Below, one piece after another: positions 26,859 to 36,500 of a stretch of 64,000 nucleotides of DNA; within the stretch, counting starts at the first letter, position 1; each line of letters starts with the position of its first letter. Source of the stretch: a virus (taxonomy: Duplodnaviria; Caudoviricetes); IMG/VR virus record IMGVR_UViG_2844540631_000002, positions 1-64,000 of that record; one strand, given 5' to 3'. The notes under the pieces are model-generated. The model had not been told where the DNA came from, made no database searches, and worked only from the letters and a program-made list of their open reading frames with translations. Made by a program: the position numbers and the translations under genes.

Positions 26859-27614
26859 ATGGATTTCGAGTGGCAGACGGAGTTGGACGCGGTGGACATC
26901 GTCCCCGAGAAGTTCCGCAACCTGTACGCGAAGGGGGACAGCGGGAAGTTCGCGCTCGACGCCGACGTGGCGAAGCGCATGGACACCACGGGACTCAACA
27001 CCGCCCTGGAGAAGGAGCGGAAGAACAACAAGGTGCTCGCGGAGGCGCAGAAGGCCTGGACGAAGCTGGGCAAGGCCCCCGAGGAGGTGGAGAAGTCACT
27101 CGGAGAGCTGAAGGCTGCACTCGCCAAGGCGCAGGAGGGGAAGGACGGCGCTGCCAACTTCGAGAAGCTGAAGGCCGACCTCGAGTCCGGCCACGCGAAC
27201 GCGCTCAAGGAGCGTGACACCGTCGTCGAGCGCATGCGGGGCAGCCTGCACAAGCACCTGGTGGAGGCGGAGGCGACGGCCGCCATCGCGGAGCTGAAAG
27301 GGAGTGCAGTGCTCCTCTTGCCTCACGTCCAGAAGCATGTGAAAGTGATTGAGGAAGGTGGCCACTTCTTGGCTCGGGTTGTTGACGCAGAGGGGGATCC
27401 TCGCGGCAACGGCAAGGGCGGCTTCATGACGATTCGGGAGTTCGTCACGGAGCTCAAGAAGGACACCAACTTCGCTCGGGCCTTCGAGGCTTCGGGTTCC
27501 TCCGGTGGCGGGACGCCTGCGGGGGGCAAAGCGGGCGGGATGCCCGGTGGTACCGAGAAGCTCGGTGCTCCGCAGAAAATCGCGGCGGCTCTGGCGGCTC
27601 GACGCAACAAGTAG
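26859..27614 (+). CDS. Capsid scaffolding protein
   Basis: Coiled coil, LxTALEKER, Gly-rich SGSSGGG tail; directly upstream of MCP. Confidence 0.8.
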   Translation: MDFEWQTELDAVDIVPEKFRNLYAKGDSGKFALDADVAKRMDTTGLNTALEKERKNNKVLAEAQKAWTKLGKAPEEVEKSLGELKAALAKAQEGKDGAANFEKLKADLESGHANALKERDTVVERMRGSLHKHLVEAEATAAIAELKGSAVLLLPHVQKHVKVIEEGGHFLARVVDAEGDPRGNGKGGFMTIREFVTELKKDTNFARAFEASGSSGGGTPAGGKAGGMPGGTEKLGAPQKIAAALAARRNK

Positions 27615-27781
27615 CCCTCGGTGCGCGGGATGCGGCCGGAGGCAAACCGAGCGGGATGCTCGGCCGCTGTCCTCTCTCGACTCCACACTACACGTGCGCG
27701 CCAGGGCCCGAGTCGCCTTCCGCCCTTGGCGCGTCCGCAATCCCTCTCAGCCTCCCTCTCACCGAGGAGGAGCGACACCCC
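27615..27781 (+). promoter_or_regulatory. Structured RNA leader upstream of the major capsid gene
   Basis: Nested stems: 27616-23/27760-67, 27627-35/27735-44, 27647-52/27658-63, 27696-707/27722-34; outer stem overlaps the SD. Confidence 0.5.
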
Positions 27782-28717
27782 ATGGCTTCAATCACCCTGG
27801 CCGAATCCGCGAAGCTGTCTTCCGACGCCCTTGTCTCCGGCGTCATCGAAACCATCGTCACCACGGACCGGCTCTTCGAGCGGCTGCCCTTCGACGAGTT
27901 GGAGGGCAACTCCTTCACCTTCAACCGTGAGTCGGTGCTCGGCAACGTCGAGGTGCTGGGCGTCGGTGGCACCATCACCGCGAAGAACCCGGCCACCGTC
28001 GAGCAGGACACCGCGACGCTCACCCGCATCATCGGTGACGCCGAGGTGGACGGGCTCATCCAGGCCACGCGCTCCAACGTCAACGACCAGGAGGGCTACC
28101 AGATTGTGTCCAAGGCCAAGTCGGCCGGGCGCAAGTTCCGCAGCATGTTCATCAACGGCACGGGGCTCAGCAACGAGTTCCCCGGGCTGCTGGCGCAGGC
28201 GGCGGCGGGGCAGACGCTGGTCGCGGGGACGAATGGCGCCCTCTACGACGTCGGCTTCCTGGACGAGCTCATCTCCAAGGTGAAGGCGAAGGACGGTGAG
28301 GTGGACTTCATCACCATGGCGGAGGTGATGCTCAACCGGCACTACGCGTACCTGCGCAAGCTGGGCGGCGCGAGCATCAGCGAGGTCATCACCCTGCCGA
28401 GTGGGAAGACGGTGCCGGCGTACCGCGGCATCCCCATCTTCGTGAATGACTACATCCCCACCAACCAGACGGAGGGGACGGCGACGGACTGCACCAGCAT
28501 CATCGCGGGCTGCTTCGACGACGGCAGCCGAAGCGTGGGCATCGCCGGGCTGACGGCGCCGGGGGATGCAGCGGGCATTCACATCAAGGAGGTGGGTGAG
28601 CACCAGGAGAAGGACGAGCGCATCACCCGCGTCGTCTGGTACTGCGGCACGGCCGTCTTCAATGACTACGCGCTCGCCGTCGCGAAGGGCATCCGCACCG
28701 CGCCGCTGGCCCCCTGA
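27782..28717 (+). CDS. Major capsid protein (HK97 fold)
   Basis: MASITLAESAKL...RIIGDAEVD...YRGIPI; SD GAGGAG; position after scaffold. Confidence 0.9.
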   Translation: MASITLAESAKLSSDALVSGVIETIVTTDRLFERLPFDELEGNSFTFNRESVLGNVEVLGVGGTITAKNPATVEQDTATLTRIIGDAEVDGLIQATRSNVNDQEGYQIVSKAKSAGRKFRSMFINGTGLSNEFPGLLAQAAAGQTLVAGTNGALYDVGFLDELISKVKAKDGEVDFITMAEVMLNRHYAYLRKLGGASISEVITLPSGKTVPAYRGIPIFVNDYIPTNQTEGTATDCTSIIAGCFDDGSRSVGIAGLTAPGDAAGIHIKEVGEHQEKDERITRVVWYCGTAVFNDYALAVAKGIRTAPLAP

Positions 28718-28736
28718 GCCACTCCCCACGCATTTC

Positions 28737-28772
28737 GCGGGGAGGCGTGCTGCCTCCCCGCTCCCTCTTTCC
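28737..28772 (+). terminator. Hairpin after the capsid gene (probable intrinsic terminator or attenuator)
   Basis: Perfect 10-bp stem GCGGGGAGGC/GCCTCCCCGC followed by pyrimidine-rich TCCCTCTTTCC. Confidence 0.55.
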
Positions 28773-28787
28773 ACAGCAGGAGCAGTC

Positions 28788-29246
28788 ATGGACGGCATTC
28801 GGATGATTCTGGTGGGCCCCAACGAGGGCAAGGACATCACCCTGGGCGGCTTCACCTTCGAGGACGGTGAGTTGGTGCTGCCGCCGCGCAGCAGCGGGCC
28901 CGCGCAGCGCATCCTCTCGCGCTACTACAGCGCGTTTCCCGAGGGCAGCGTCGAGGGGCGGAAGGCGAAGGAAGCCTATGAGCGGGCGCGGCGTGGCGGC
29001 GCCGGTGCCGCTCTCCCCGCGGTGGGCACCACGCAGTCGGAGGCGGACGGCCAGGTCCGCGAGCTGCGGCAGGCCCTCGACGAGGGCATGTCGGAGCTGG
29101 AGCGGGTGAAGGCCGAGCTGCGCGCCGCGCAGGCGCAGCTGCGCGACGCGACGCAGACGTCCCCCCCGCCGCCTCCGGCGCCTGTGCCTGCCCCCGCCGA
29201 GGAGCCGCCCGCCGCGAAGGGCAAGGCCAAGGCGAAGGCGGAGTAG
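28788..29246 (+). CDS. Hypothetical head-associated protein
   Basis: RBS AGGAG, ATG at 28788; coiled coil and Pro/Lys-rich tail. Confidence 0.65.
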   Translation: MDGIRMILVGPNEGKDITLGGFTFEDGELVLPPRSSGPAQRILSRYYSAFPEGSVEGRKAKEAYERARRGGAGAALPAVGTTQSEADGQVRELRQALDEGMSELERVKAELRAAQAQLRDATQTSPPPPPAPVPAPAEEPPAAKGKAKAKAE

Positions 29247-29270
29247 CCAGCAGCCTCTGGAGGACACCCC

Positions 29271-29765
29271 ATGCCCTTCGACGCGACACCCAGCGGCCCG
29301 TCCGCGAACTCGTACTGCACGGTGGTGGAGGCGGACGCCTACCACTCCGCGCGCGGCCACAACGCCGCGTGGGAGTCCGCCACGCAGGAGGCGAAGGAGC
29401 GCCACCTCATGTGGGCCACCAGCCTCCTGGACGCGCACTACGGCTACGTGGGCAGCCGGGCCGAGGCGGAACAGGCCCTGGCCTGGCCCCGGCGCGGCGT
29501 GGTGCTGGACGGGGTGACGCTTCCCACCACCGCAGTGCCGCTGCGCGTGCGCGGCGCCACGGCGGAGTTCGCCTTTCGCCTCATGGGGGAGGACTGGACG
29601 GCCGGCCTCGGGCCCATTGTGGACGAGGGCGTGAAGGTGGGTCCGCTGGAGACGTCTCCGGAGCGGCACGTGCCGATTCCGGAGCAGGTGGCCACGCTGC
29701 TGCGCCCCTTCCTCCCTGGTGCCCGCGTGGGCGGCATCGGCACCGTGGGGCTTCTCCGAGGATGA
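29271..29765 (+). CDS. Head-tail adaptor (DnaT-like DUF family)
   Basis: ANSYCTVVEADAYH...G.RA...QALAWPR..V...VP..V..ATAE.A. Confidence 0.8.
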   Translation: MPFDATPSGPSANSYCTVVEADAYHSARGHNAAWESATQEAKERHLMWATSLLDAHYGYVGSRAEAEQALAWPRRGVVLDGVTLPTTAVPLRVRGATAEFAFRLMGEDWTAGLGPIVDEGVKVGPLETSPERHVPIPEQVATLLRPFLPGARVGGIGTVGLLRG

Positions 29766-30136
29766 GCGCCCAGGCAGACAGACTGGCCGCCAAGGCCCTC
29801 GCGCTGCTGAAGCGCTACGGGCAGGGCGCAACCCTCACCCGGCGCACGCCGGGGGCGTATGACCCGGCCCTCTCCACGGCGCCGGCCACCGTCACCACGC
29901 ACACGGTGCAGGTGCTGGTGCAGGCCGACAACGGGTACCAGGAGCTGGTGCCCGCCGGCACGGTGAAGGTGGGCAGGCGCAAGCTGCTGGTGGCCGCGGC
30001 CGGGCTGCCGGTGACGCCGGGCCCTGGTGACGAAGTGGGGCCGCTGGAAGGGGCCACCTGGCGGGTGCTTCGGACGGACCCGCCGGTGCAGTTGCAGGGC
30101 ACTCCCGTCCTCTACGTACTCAGGGTGGCAGCATGA
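29762..30136 (+). CDS. Head closure / head-tail joining protein
   Basis: LKRYGQGATLTRRTPGAYDP...GDEV...WRV; synteny. Confidence 0.75.
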   Translation: MSAQADRLAAKALALLKRYGQGATLTRRTPGAYDPALSTAPATVTTHTVQVLVQADNGYQELVPAGTVKVGRRKLLVAAAGLPVTPGPGDEVGPLEGATWRVLRTDPPVQLQGTPVLYVLRVAA

Positions 30137-30597
30137 CGCTGAAGAAGACGGACGCGCGTGTCCGGCGCGGTGCCAGTTTTGCTCGGCAGGTGCAGGCCTT
30201 CGTCCAGACGACGGAGGAGCGCGCCAACGAGGTGGTGCGGAAGACGGCGCTGGGCATCCTGGCCAACGTCGTCACCGCCTCGCCCGTGGACACGGGGCAG
30301 TTTCGGGCCAACTGGCGCGCGGGCGTGGGCGCTCGGCCAGACGGCACCGTGGAGGCCATGGACAAGGACGGCGGCGCCACCATTACCGCGGCGAAGGAGG
30401 CACTGGAGTCCGCGAAGCTGGGCGACACGGTGTACGTCGCCAACAACCTGCCCCAGGGCCGCAGGCTGGAATTCGGCCACAGCCAGCAGGCGCCGAACGG
30501 CATGCTGCGCGTCACCCTGGCCAACCTGCCTGAGATTCTCGGGGAGGCCGTGGGCGAGGCGAAGCAAGAGGCAGGGAAGGGGGACGGCACGCCGTGA
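30133..30597 (+). CDS. HK97 gp10-like neck protein
   Basis: SPVDTGQFRANW...YVANNLP...RLEFGHS.QAPNGM. Confidence 0.85.
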   Translation: MTLKKTDARVRRGASFARQVQAFVQTTEERANEVVRKTALGILANVVTASPVDTGQFRANWRAGVGARPDGTVEAMDKDGGATITAAKEALESAKLGDTVYVANNLPQGRRLEFGHSQQAPNGMLRVTLANLPEILGEAVGEAKQEAGKGDGTP

Positions 30598-31019
30598 GTC
30601 CGCCCCTCCTCGACATCCCCCAGGCGCTGGAGCTGCGCGCACGGGAGGTGTTGGCGCCGCTGCTGGGCGAGGCCAACCTCGCCTACCCCAACGTCGTCTT
30701 CACCCCCACGCCGGGCGTGCCCTGGGCTCGGCTGGACTGCCTCCCGGCCCGGACGTCACCCGCCGGCGCCGGGGTGGACTCGCACACGCGGCGCCCGGGT
30801 GTCTTCCAGGTGCTGCTCTTCCACCCCATGGGCGAGGGCACGGCGGCCAGCCTCACCGTGGCCCAGGCGCTGTGCGACGCCTTCAAGCGGGGGACGAGGC
30901 TGGAGCGCAACGACACGGTGGTGAGCATCCACTCCGCCTCTGTCGGCCCCGCGCTGCGTGACGAGCCGTGGTGGGCCACGCCCGTCAGCATTTCCTGGTT
31001 GGTGCACTCGTTGGACTGA
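30594..31019 (+). CDS. Tail terminator protein (DUF4128-like)
   Basis: AYPNVVFTP...WARL...GVFQV.LF.P.GEGT...W...V.I.W. Confidence 0.8.
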   Translation: MSPPLLDIPQALELRAREVLAPLLGEANLAYPNVVFTPTPGVPWARLDCLPARTSPAGAGVDSHTRRPGVFQVLLFHPMGEGTAASLTVAQALCDAFKRGTRLERNDTVVSIHSASVGPALRDEPWWATPVSISWLVHSLD

Positions 31020-31050
31020 GCAGCCCCTCGCGGGCGGCAGGAGAAGAGAC

Positions 31051-32190
31051 ATGGCTTCAGCTTCTGGGCAGCGGACCGCGCTGCGCTTCGCACCGGAGAC
31101 TGCGTACGGCGTGCCTGGCACGGCGTACCAGGTGCTCCGCTTCACCGACACCAGCCTCAACCTCGCGAAGGAGACGTACCAGTCCAACGAGATTCGGGCC
31201 GACAGACAGACGGCCGACTTGCGCCACGGCATGCGCAGCGTGGGCGGCGACTTCTCCTTCGAACTGTCCCGCGGCACCTTCGACGTCCTCTTGGCCGCCG
31301 CCCTCAGCGGTACGTGGCGGACGGTGACGACGGGCGCGGCCTCGCTGGAGGCGGAAGCTGACGCCTTCGTCCGTGACTCGGGCAGCTTCCTCGAGGATGG
31401 CTTCCTGCCCGGGGACATGGTGACGGCCACAGGCTTCGCCGAGGCGGGCAACAACGGACGGGCGAAGGTGGTGGCAGTGTCCGCGCTGCGCCTGGAGGTG
31501 GACAGGGCCCTCACCGTGGATGCTGCCGCCGCGGGGCGCACCGTCGCCATGGTGGGCCAGCGCCTGGCCAACGGCACCGAGCTCGTCACCTTCGGCCTGG
31601 AGCGGGCCTTCACCGACATCAACCAGTTCCTCCTGTACCGGGGCTGCGCGGTGGACAGCCTGTCCCTCTCCGTGGCGCCCGGGGAAATCGTCACGGGCAC
31701 TATGGGCTTCCTCGGCAAGGACATGGTGCAGGCCACGGCCACCCACGCGGCGACGCTGGCACCAGCTGGCACCGGCAGCCCCTTCGACGCCTTCACCGGG
31801 GCGCTCTACGAGGGCGGGCAGTTGGTGGCCAACGTGACGGCCGTTGAGCTGGAAATCGCCAACGGCCGCAGCGTCCAGGGCGTCGTCGGGCAGAACAGCC
31901 CCCAGGAGATTCACGAGGGCGGCTTTCTCGTCACCGGCAGCCTCTCCGCCTACTTCAAGGACGCCGTGCTCCTCAACCGCTTCATCAACGAGGAGGAGTC
32001 CAGTCTGGAGTTGCTCCTGGAGGACGTGAACGGGACGGACTTCCACAGCATCCGCTTCCCGCGGCTCAAGTACACGGGCGGCGACGTCGACAACCCGCGC
32101 GAGGGCCCCGTCACCGTCAGCCTGCCCTTCACCGCGCTGCTGGATGCCACCAGCGGCGCCACCATCCTCTACCAGCGCAGCAACCCGTAA
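31051..32190 (+). CDS. Major tail tube protein
   Basis: ETAYGV...RFT..SLNL.KE...SNEIR.DRQ; SLSAYF.D; RLKYTG; no sheath gene present. Confidence 0.88.
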   Translation: MASASGQRTALRFAPETAYGVPGTAYQVLRFTDTSLNLAKETYQSNEIRADRQTADLRHGMRSVGGDFSFELSRGTFDVLLAAALSGTWRTVTTGAASLEAEADAFVRDSGSFLEDGFLPGDMVTATGFAEAGNNGRAKVVAVSALRLEVDRALTVDAAAAGRTVAMVGQRLANGTELVTFGLERAFTDINQFLLYRGCAVDSLSLSVAPGEIVTGTMGFLGKDMVQATATHAATLAPAGTGSPFDAFTGALYEGGQLVANVTAVELEIANGRSVQGVVGQNSPQEIHEGGFLVTGSLSAYFKDAVLLNRFINEEESSLELLLEDVNGTDFHSIRFPRLKYTGGDVDNPREGPVTVSLPFTALLDATSGATILYQRSNP

Positions 32191-32237
32191 CCGGCGCTCC
32201 CGCGCCTCCACTCACTTCCCAGAAGGAGTAGCCCCCT

Positions 32238-32678
32238 ATGATTACCGCCGCTTTCGACATCGGCAGCCTCCAGCGCAGCGACACCACCACCGTGGAGATT
32301 CTCCACCCCGTCTCCGGCGACGCGACGGGGATGAAGGTGGTAGTGCACGGCGTGGACTCGCCCACCTACCGTGAAGCGGACCGCGCGCTGCGCAATCGCC
32401 GCCTCCACAAGCTGCAGCACTCCGGCCGCAATACGAAAATCACCGCAGAGGGCACCGACGCGGACGGGCTCGAGTTGCTGGTGCGCTGCACGGCCTCGTG
32501 GGAGGGCTTCAAGGAGAATGGCCAGCCGCTGCCCTTCACGAAGGACAACGCCCGCCGGGTGTACGAGGAGCACCCCTGGCTGCGCCGGCAGGTGGACGCC
32601 GCCGTCACGGACGCCGCCAGTTTTTTCGCCTCGTCGCCGAGCAGCTCCTCGGCTTCGCTCAGCACCAGTTCCGACTGA
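32238..32678 (+). CDS. Tail assembly chaperone (gpG-like)
   Basis: Between tube and TMP; contains the slippery T TTT TTC. Confidence 0.85.
   Translation: MITAAFDIGSLQRSDTTTVEILHPVSGDATGMKVVVHGVDSPTYREADRALRNRRLHKLQHSGRNTKITAEGTDADGLELLVRCTASWEGFKENGQPLPFTKDNARRVYEEHPWLRRQVDAAVTDAASFFASSPSSSSASLSTSSD
32620..32627 (+). other. Programmed -1 ribosomal frameshift site (gpG/gpGT)
   Basis: AGT TTT TTC in the G frame; the -1 frame (32498-32989 ORF) continues into a GT-like domain. Confidence 0.8.
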
Positions 32679-32989
32679 GCCGACAGGACGCGTCCGGGGT
32701 GTCTCTCCGGGCGCACCTGGAGCAGGTGGCCAAGTCCACCGGCGAGGTGCCGGCCGAGCTGGTGGGAGAGGACGAGCTACCTGAAGCACTCGCCCACGTT
32801 TGGGAGTGGTTCTGCGAGTTGAGCAACGCGAGGGCGCCCGGGGCCTTCTCCCTGGCGCCCATCAGCTACCAGGACATTGAGGCATGGGCGCGCCTCACCG
32901 GGGCACAGCCCACGCCTGCCGAGGTGGGCCTCCTCCGGCAACTCGACGATGCGTTCCGCGTGGAGATGACACCGAAGTCGAAGAAGTGA
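32620..32989 (+). CDS. Tail assembly chaperone GT extension (-1 frame)
   Basis: LRAHLEQV...VWEWFCELSNAR...PISYQDIEAWARLTG...LLRQLDDAF. Confidence 0.8.
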
Positions 32990-33003
32990 GGGAGGCGGAC
33001 TTG

Positions 33004-33444
33004 CTACTGCTGCTTCGGGACGACGGGACGGGCAGCGGACTCCTTCGTTTTCATTTCGGCCTTCCATTTTGCCGAAGCGGCCTCGATGCCCTGAAGCTCG
33101 GACACCGGCTTGATGATCTCCGTGCCGGTATCCTTGTCGCGGAACCCGAAATGGGTCCACCCATCCTTCTCCATCGCTTCCTTTGCACCGTCGTAGTTGG
33201 AGATTGCCTCCAGCATTGCTGCCTTGAGCGCGGTCGGATCCTCAATGCCGAACGACTTCACTCGAATGGCGGTGGTGTGATGTTCGCCTGCCGTGAGCCA
33301 GTAAGTCTCGCGGTCGTGGTTGAGCGCGTTGCTCTCCATGAGGTCCGCGACGCGCTTCTGCTCCAGGCGCTTCGCTTCTTCGGTGCGTCGCTCGCAACCG
33401 AGGAGTGTCACAGCCAGGGCCATCGATACGTAGAGCGTGCGCAT
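33004..33444 (-). CDS. Putative lipoprotein moron
   Basis: MRTLYVSMALAVTLLGC lipobox; antisense, lower GC; between chaperone and TMP. Confidence 0.7.
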   Translation of the reverse strand: MRTLYVSMALAVTLLGCERRTEEAKRLEQKRVADLMESNALNHDRETYWLTAGEHHTTAIRVKSFGIEDPTALKAAMLEAISNYDGAKEAMEKDGWTHFGFRDKDTGTEIIKPVSELQGIEAASAKWKAEMKTKESAARPVVPKQQ

Positions 33445-33549
33445 GGCGCCGTAGCCGAGCACACCTGCTCCGCAGCGTTCCACTACTCACCAGTTCAGGT
33501 TGTCGGTACCCACCAAGTCGCCGCCTTCGTGCGGTGACGAGGAGTCACC

Positions 33550-36500
33550 ATGTCCAACGGATCAGACCTCGCCACACTCTCCGTCCGCATCGACACGTCC
33601 GATGCGAAGGCGGGCGTCGAGTCGCTGACGAAGTTCGAGCGCGCGGCCGAGAAGACGGAGACGGCCACCAAGAAGACAGAGACCGCCACCGAGCTCTACG
33701 CGAAGAGCTTGGAGCGCATGGTGAAGGAGGTGAACGAGACGAACCAGGCTCTTGCCCGCATGCGCACCGTCAGCAAGGACCTGGAGATGATGGGAGAGGC
33801 CGCCACGGCCCTCCAGGGTGCGTTCAAGGACACCTCGGGGCTGGAGCGCTTCCACACGCGCTTGGGCGCGTTGGACACCGCCACGGGCCGCCTTCAGGCG
33901 TCGTTCGCCGACACCTCAGCTGTGACTCGCTTCATGGGCGAGCTGTCGAAGGCCACCATGAACCTCTCGAAGATGCAGACGGAGCACACCCGTGCTGCCG
34001 GTGCCGTCCAAGAGATGAAGCGTGCCGTCGAGGACACCGAGAAGCCGGTGAACCGCCTCTCGCAGGGGCTCGGTGGATTGCTGACGAAGGTCGCGGGGTT
34101 CGCGGCACTGAGTGCTGCGCTCCGCAGTGCGACGTCGGAGGCGCTCGCCTTCAACACCTCCATGGCCCAGATTAGCACCCTGCTCGAAGGTGACCAGCTT
34201 CAGATGATGGACACCCTCTCCAAGCAGGCGAAGGCCCTCGGTGCGGAGTTCGGCCGCGTGCCCACGGAGCAGGCGAAGGCCCTCTATGAAATTCTGAGTG
34301 CCGGCGCGAGCGACGCGGCGCAGGCGACGGAGCTGCTTCGCGTGGCCAACAAGCTGGCCATCGGCGGTGTCACTGAGGTGGGAGTGGCGGCGGACGGCCT
34401 CACGAGCGTCATGGCGAGCTACGGGGCCCAGATTCGTGACGCCACCGTGGCGGCCGACGCGATGTTCGTCTCGGCGGCGGACGGAAAGACGTCCATTGAG
34501 CAGATTGCGAGGCACATCGGCAAGCTGGCGCCTATCGCCTCGCAGACGGGCGTGTCGCTCCAGGAACTGCTCGCAGCGAACGCGGCACTCACCAAGGCCG
34601 GCATCAAGACGGAGACGGCCATGGAAGGGTTGCGCTCCATCCTCGCCCAGGTGGCCAAGCCATCAAACGAAGCTCGCGACTTGGCGCGGGCGCTCGGCAT
34701 CGAGTTCACCACGGCGGGACTCAAGGCGAAGGGCTTCGCTGGCTTCCTGGCCGACATCAAGGCGCGAACGGGGGGCAGCGTCGACCAACTCGCCATGCTC
34801 GTGGGAGGCGTCGAGGCGCTGCTGCCCGCGATGACGCTGTCGGGTACCGGTGCTGCGGACTTCGCCAACTCACTGCGGAACATGGAGACGGCCGCCGGGA
34901 GGACGGAGACGGCCTTCTTGCGGATGGCGGATACGCCGCAGATGAAGCTGGACCAGCTCCGCGCCAAGTTCGTCGCGCTCCAGTCGGAGGTGGGGGACGG
35001 CATCCTCGCGGAGTTGGACCCCGTCATGGACAGCCTGCTCCAGAACTTCGACGATGCGGCTACCGCCGTAGGCTACCTGGCTCAGGGCATGGCCATCCTG
35101 ACGGCCATGAAGGCCGCCTCGTGGGCCCAAGAGTGGACGAAGGGACTGCTGGATAAGGCCGCTGCGGTGAACAGGAACAAGGAGGCCGTGGCGAAGGCCG
35201 CGCTTGCGGAGGCGGGCTACGTCCGGGCGTGGGGGGCCACGCGCGAGGGGGCGCTTCGGGCCGCCCTGGCGACGCTGGAGCAGCGCCAGGCCACGCTCCA
35301 GTCCGCTGCCGCCCTCGAGGGCCCCTTCACCGTCGCCCACACGCGCGCTGCCATGGCCTCCAACGCGCTCGCCCAGGCCAAGGTGCGAGAGGCCATCGCT
35401 GTGGCGGAGGCGTCAGTTGCAGCGCGGGCCGGTGCTGCTGCCTTGAGTGCGCTTGGTGGGCCCATCGGCGTCGTGACCATGGCGCTCGGCATTGCCGTCT
35501 CTGCCTTCTTTGAGTTCGGACGAGCTGCAGATGAGGCGCGAGAGAAGGCTCGCCACTTCGCGCAGGAGTCGGGAGCCTCCGCGAACAAGGGAAGCCAGAT
35601 CGTCATCGACTTGGTGGAGCAGACGAAGGCGCTCCAGGACCAGACACGAGCGATGGATGCGTTCACCATCGCCAAGGGGAGGATGGCCGCTCTTGGAGGG
35701 AAGTATCAGGACCGGTTGACCGAGGAGGTAGACACCATCCAGGAACTGGCGGCGGCCTATGAGGCGGTCGCGCGCATTGAGCTTGCGGATGCCGAGAAGG
35801 AGATTTCCCGGCTGACCGAGGCTGTGAAGAAGAAGCAGAACGACATCATGACAGTCAATTGGACTTTCGGCTTCGCGGACAAGAAGAACTTCGCAGAGGC
35901 ACGGCTTGATTCGAGGTTCAAGGACCAGATTGAAGAGCGCCTCGTGCCGCTGGAGAAGGACCTCGCGGCGCAGCAGCAGCGGGCCGCCGAAATCAAAGAG
36001 TCCCTGGCGAAGATGAGCGAGGCCGTGGCGAACGCCTCCAAGAAAGAAGCCGTGGCTGCCATGGCTCTCACCCAGGAACACAAGGTCGCCGCGGAGGCCG
36101 CGCAGAAGTCCGGCAAGGAGATTCTGGACGAGCTCAAGGCCCGGGAGCAGGCCGCGGAGCGTGCCGAGGAGTGGGTGCTGCGCCTGGAGGAGGAAGCCCG
36201 CGGCGCCGGGCACTCACGCGAGGCGGCCATGCGCCTCACCGACCAGTACCTGAAGCTGACGGAGGCACAGAAGAAGCGTGCCGACGAGGCACTCAGCACC
36301 ATCGAGACGTCGAAGGCGGCGGCGAAGGCAGACGAGGAGCGCAAGCGCATCATCGAGGAACTGAACCGCGAGTTGGGCGACTCAGGCGCGGCGAAGTACG
36401 CCCAGGCCCAAGGCGTCCTCGCGGAGTCGTTCGCGAGGGGCCAGCTTTCCTTGAAGTCCTACGTGGACCAGCTCGCGAAGGCCCGCACCCTCTGGACGAA

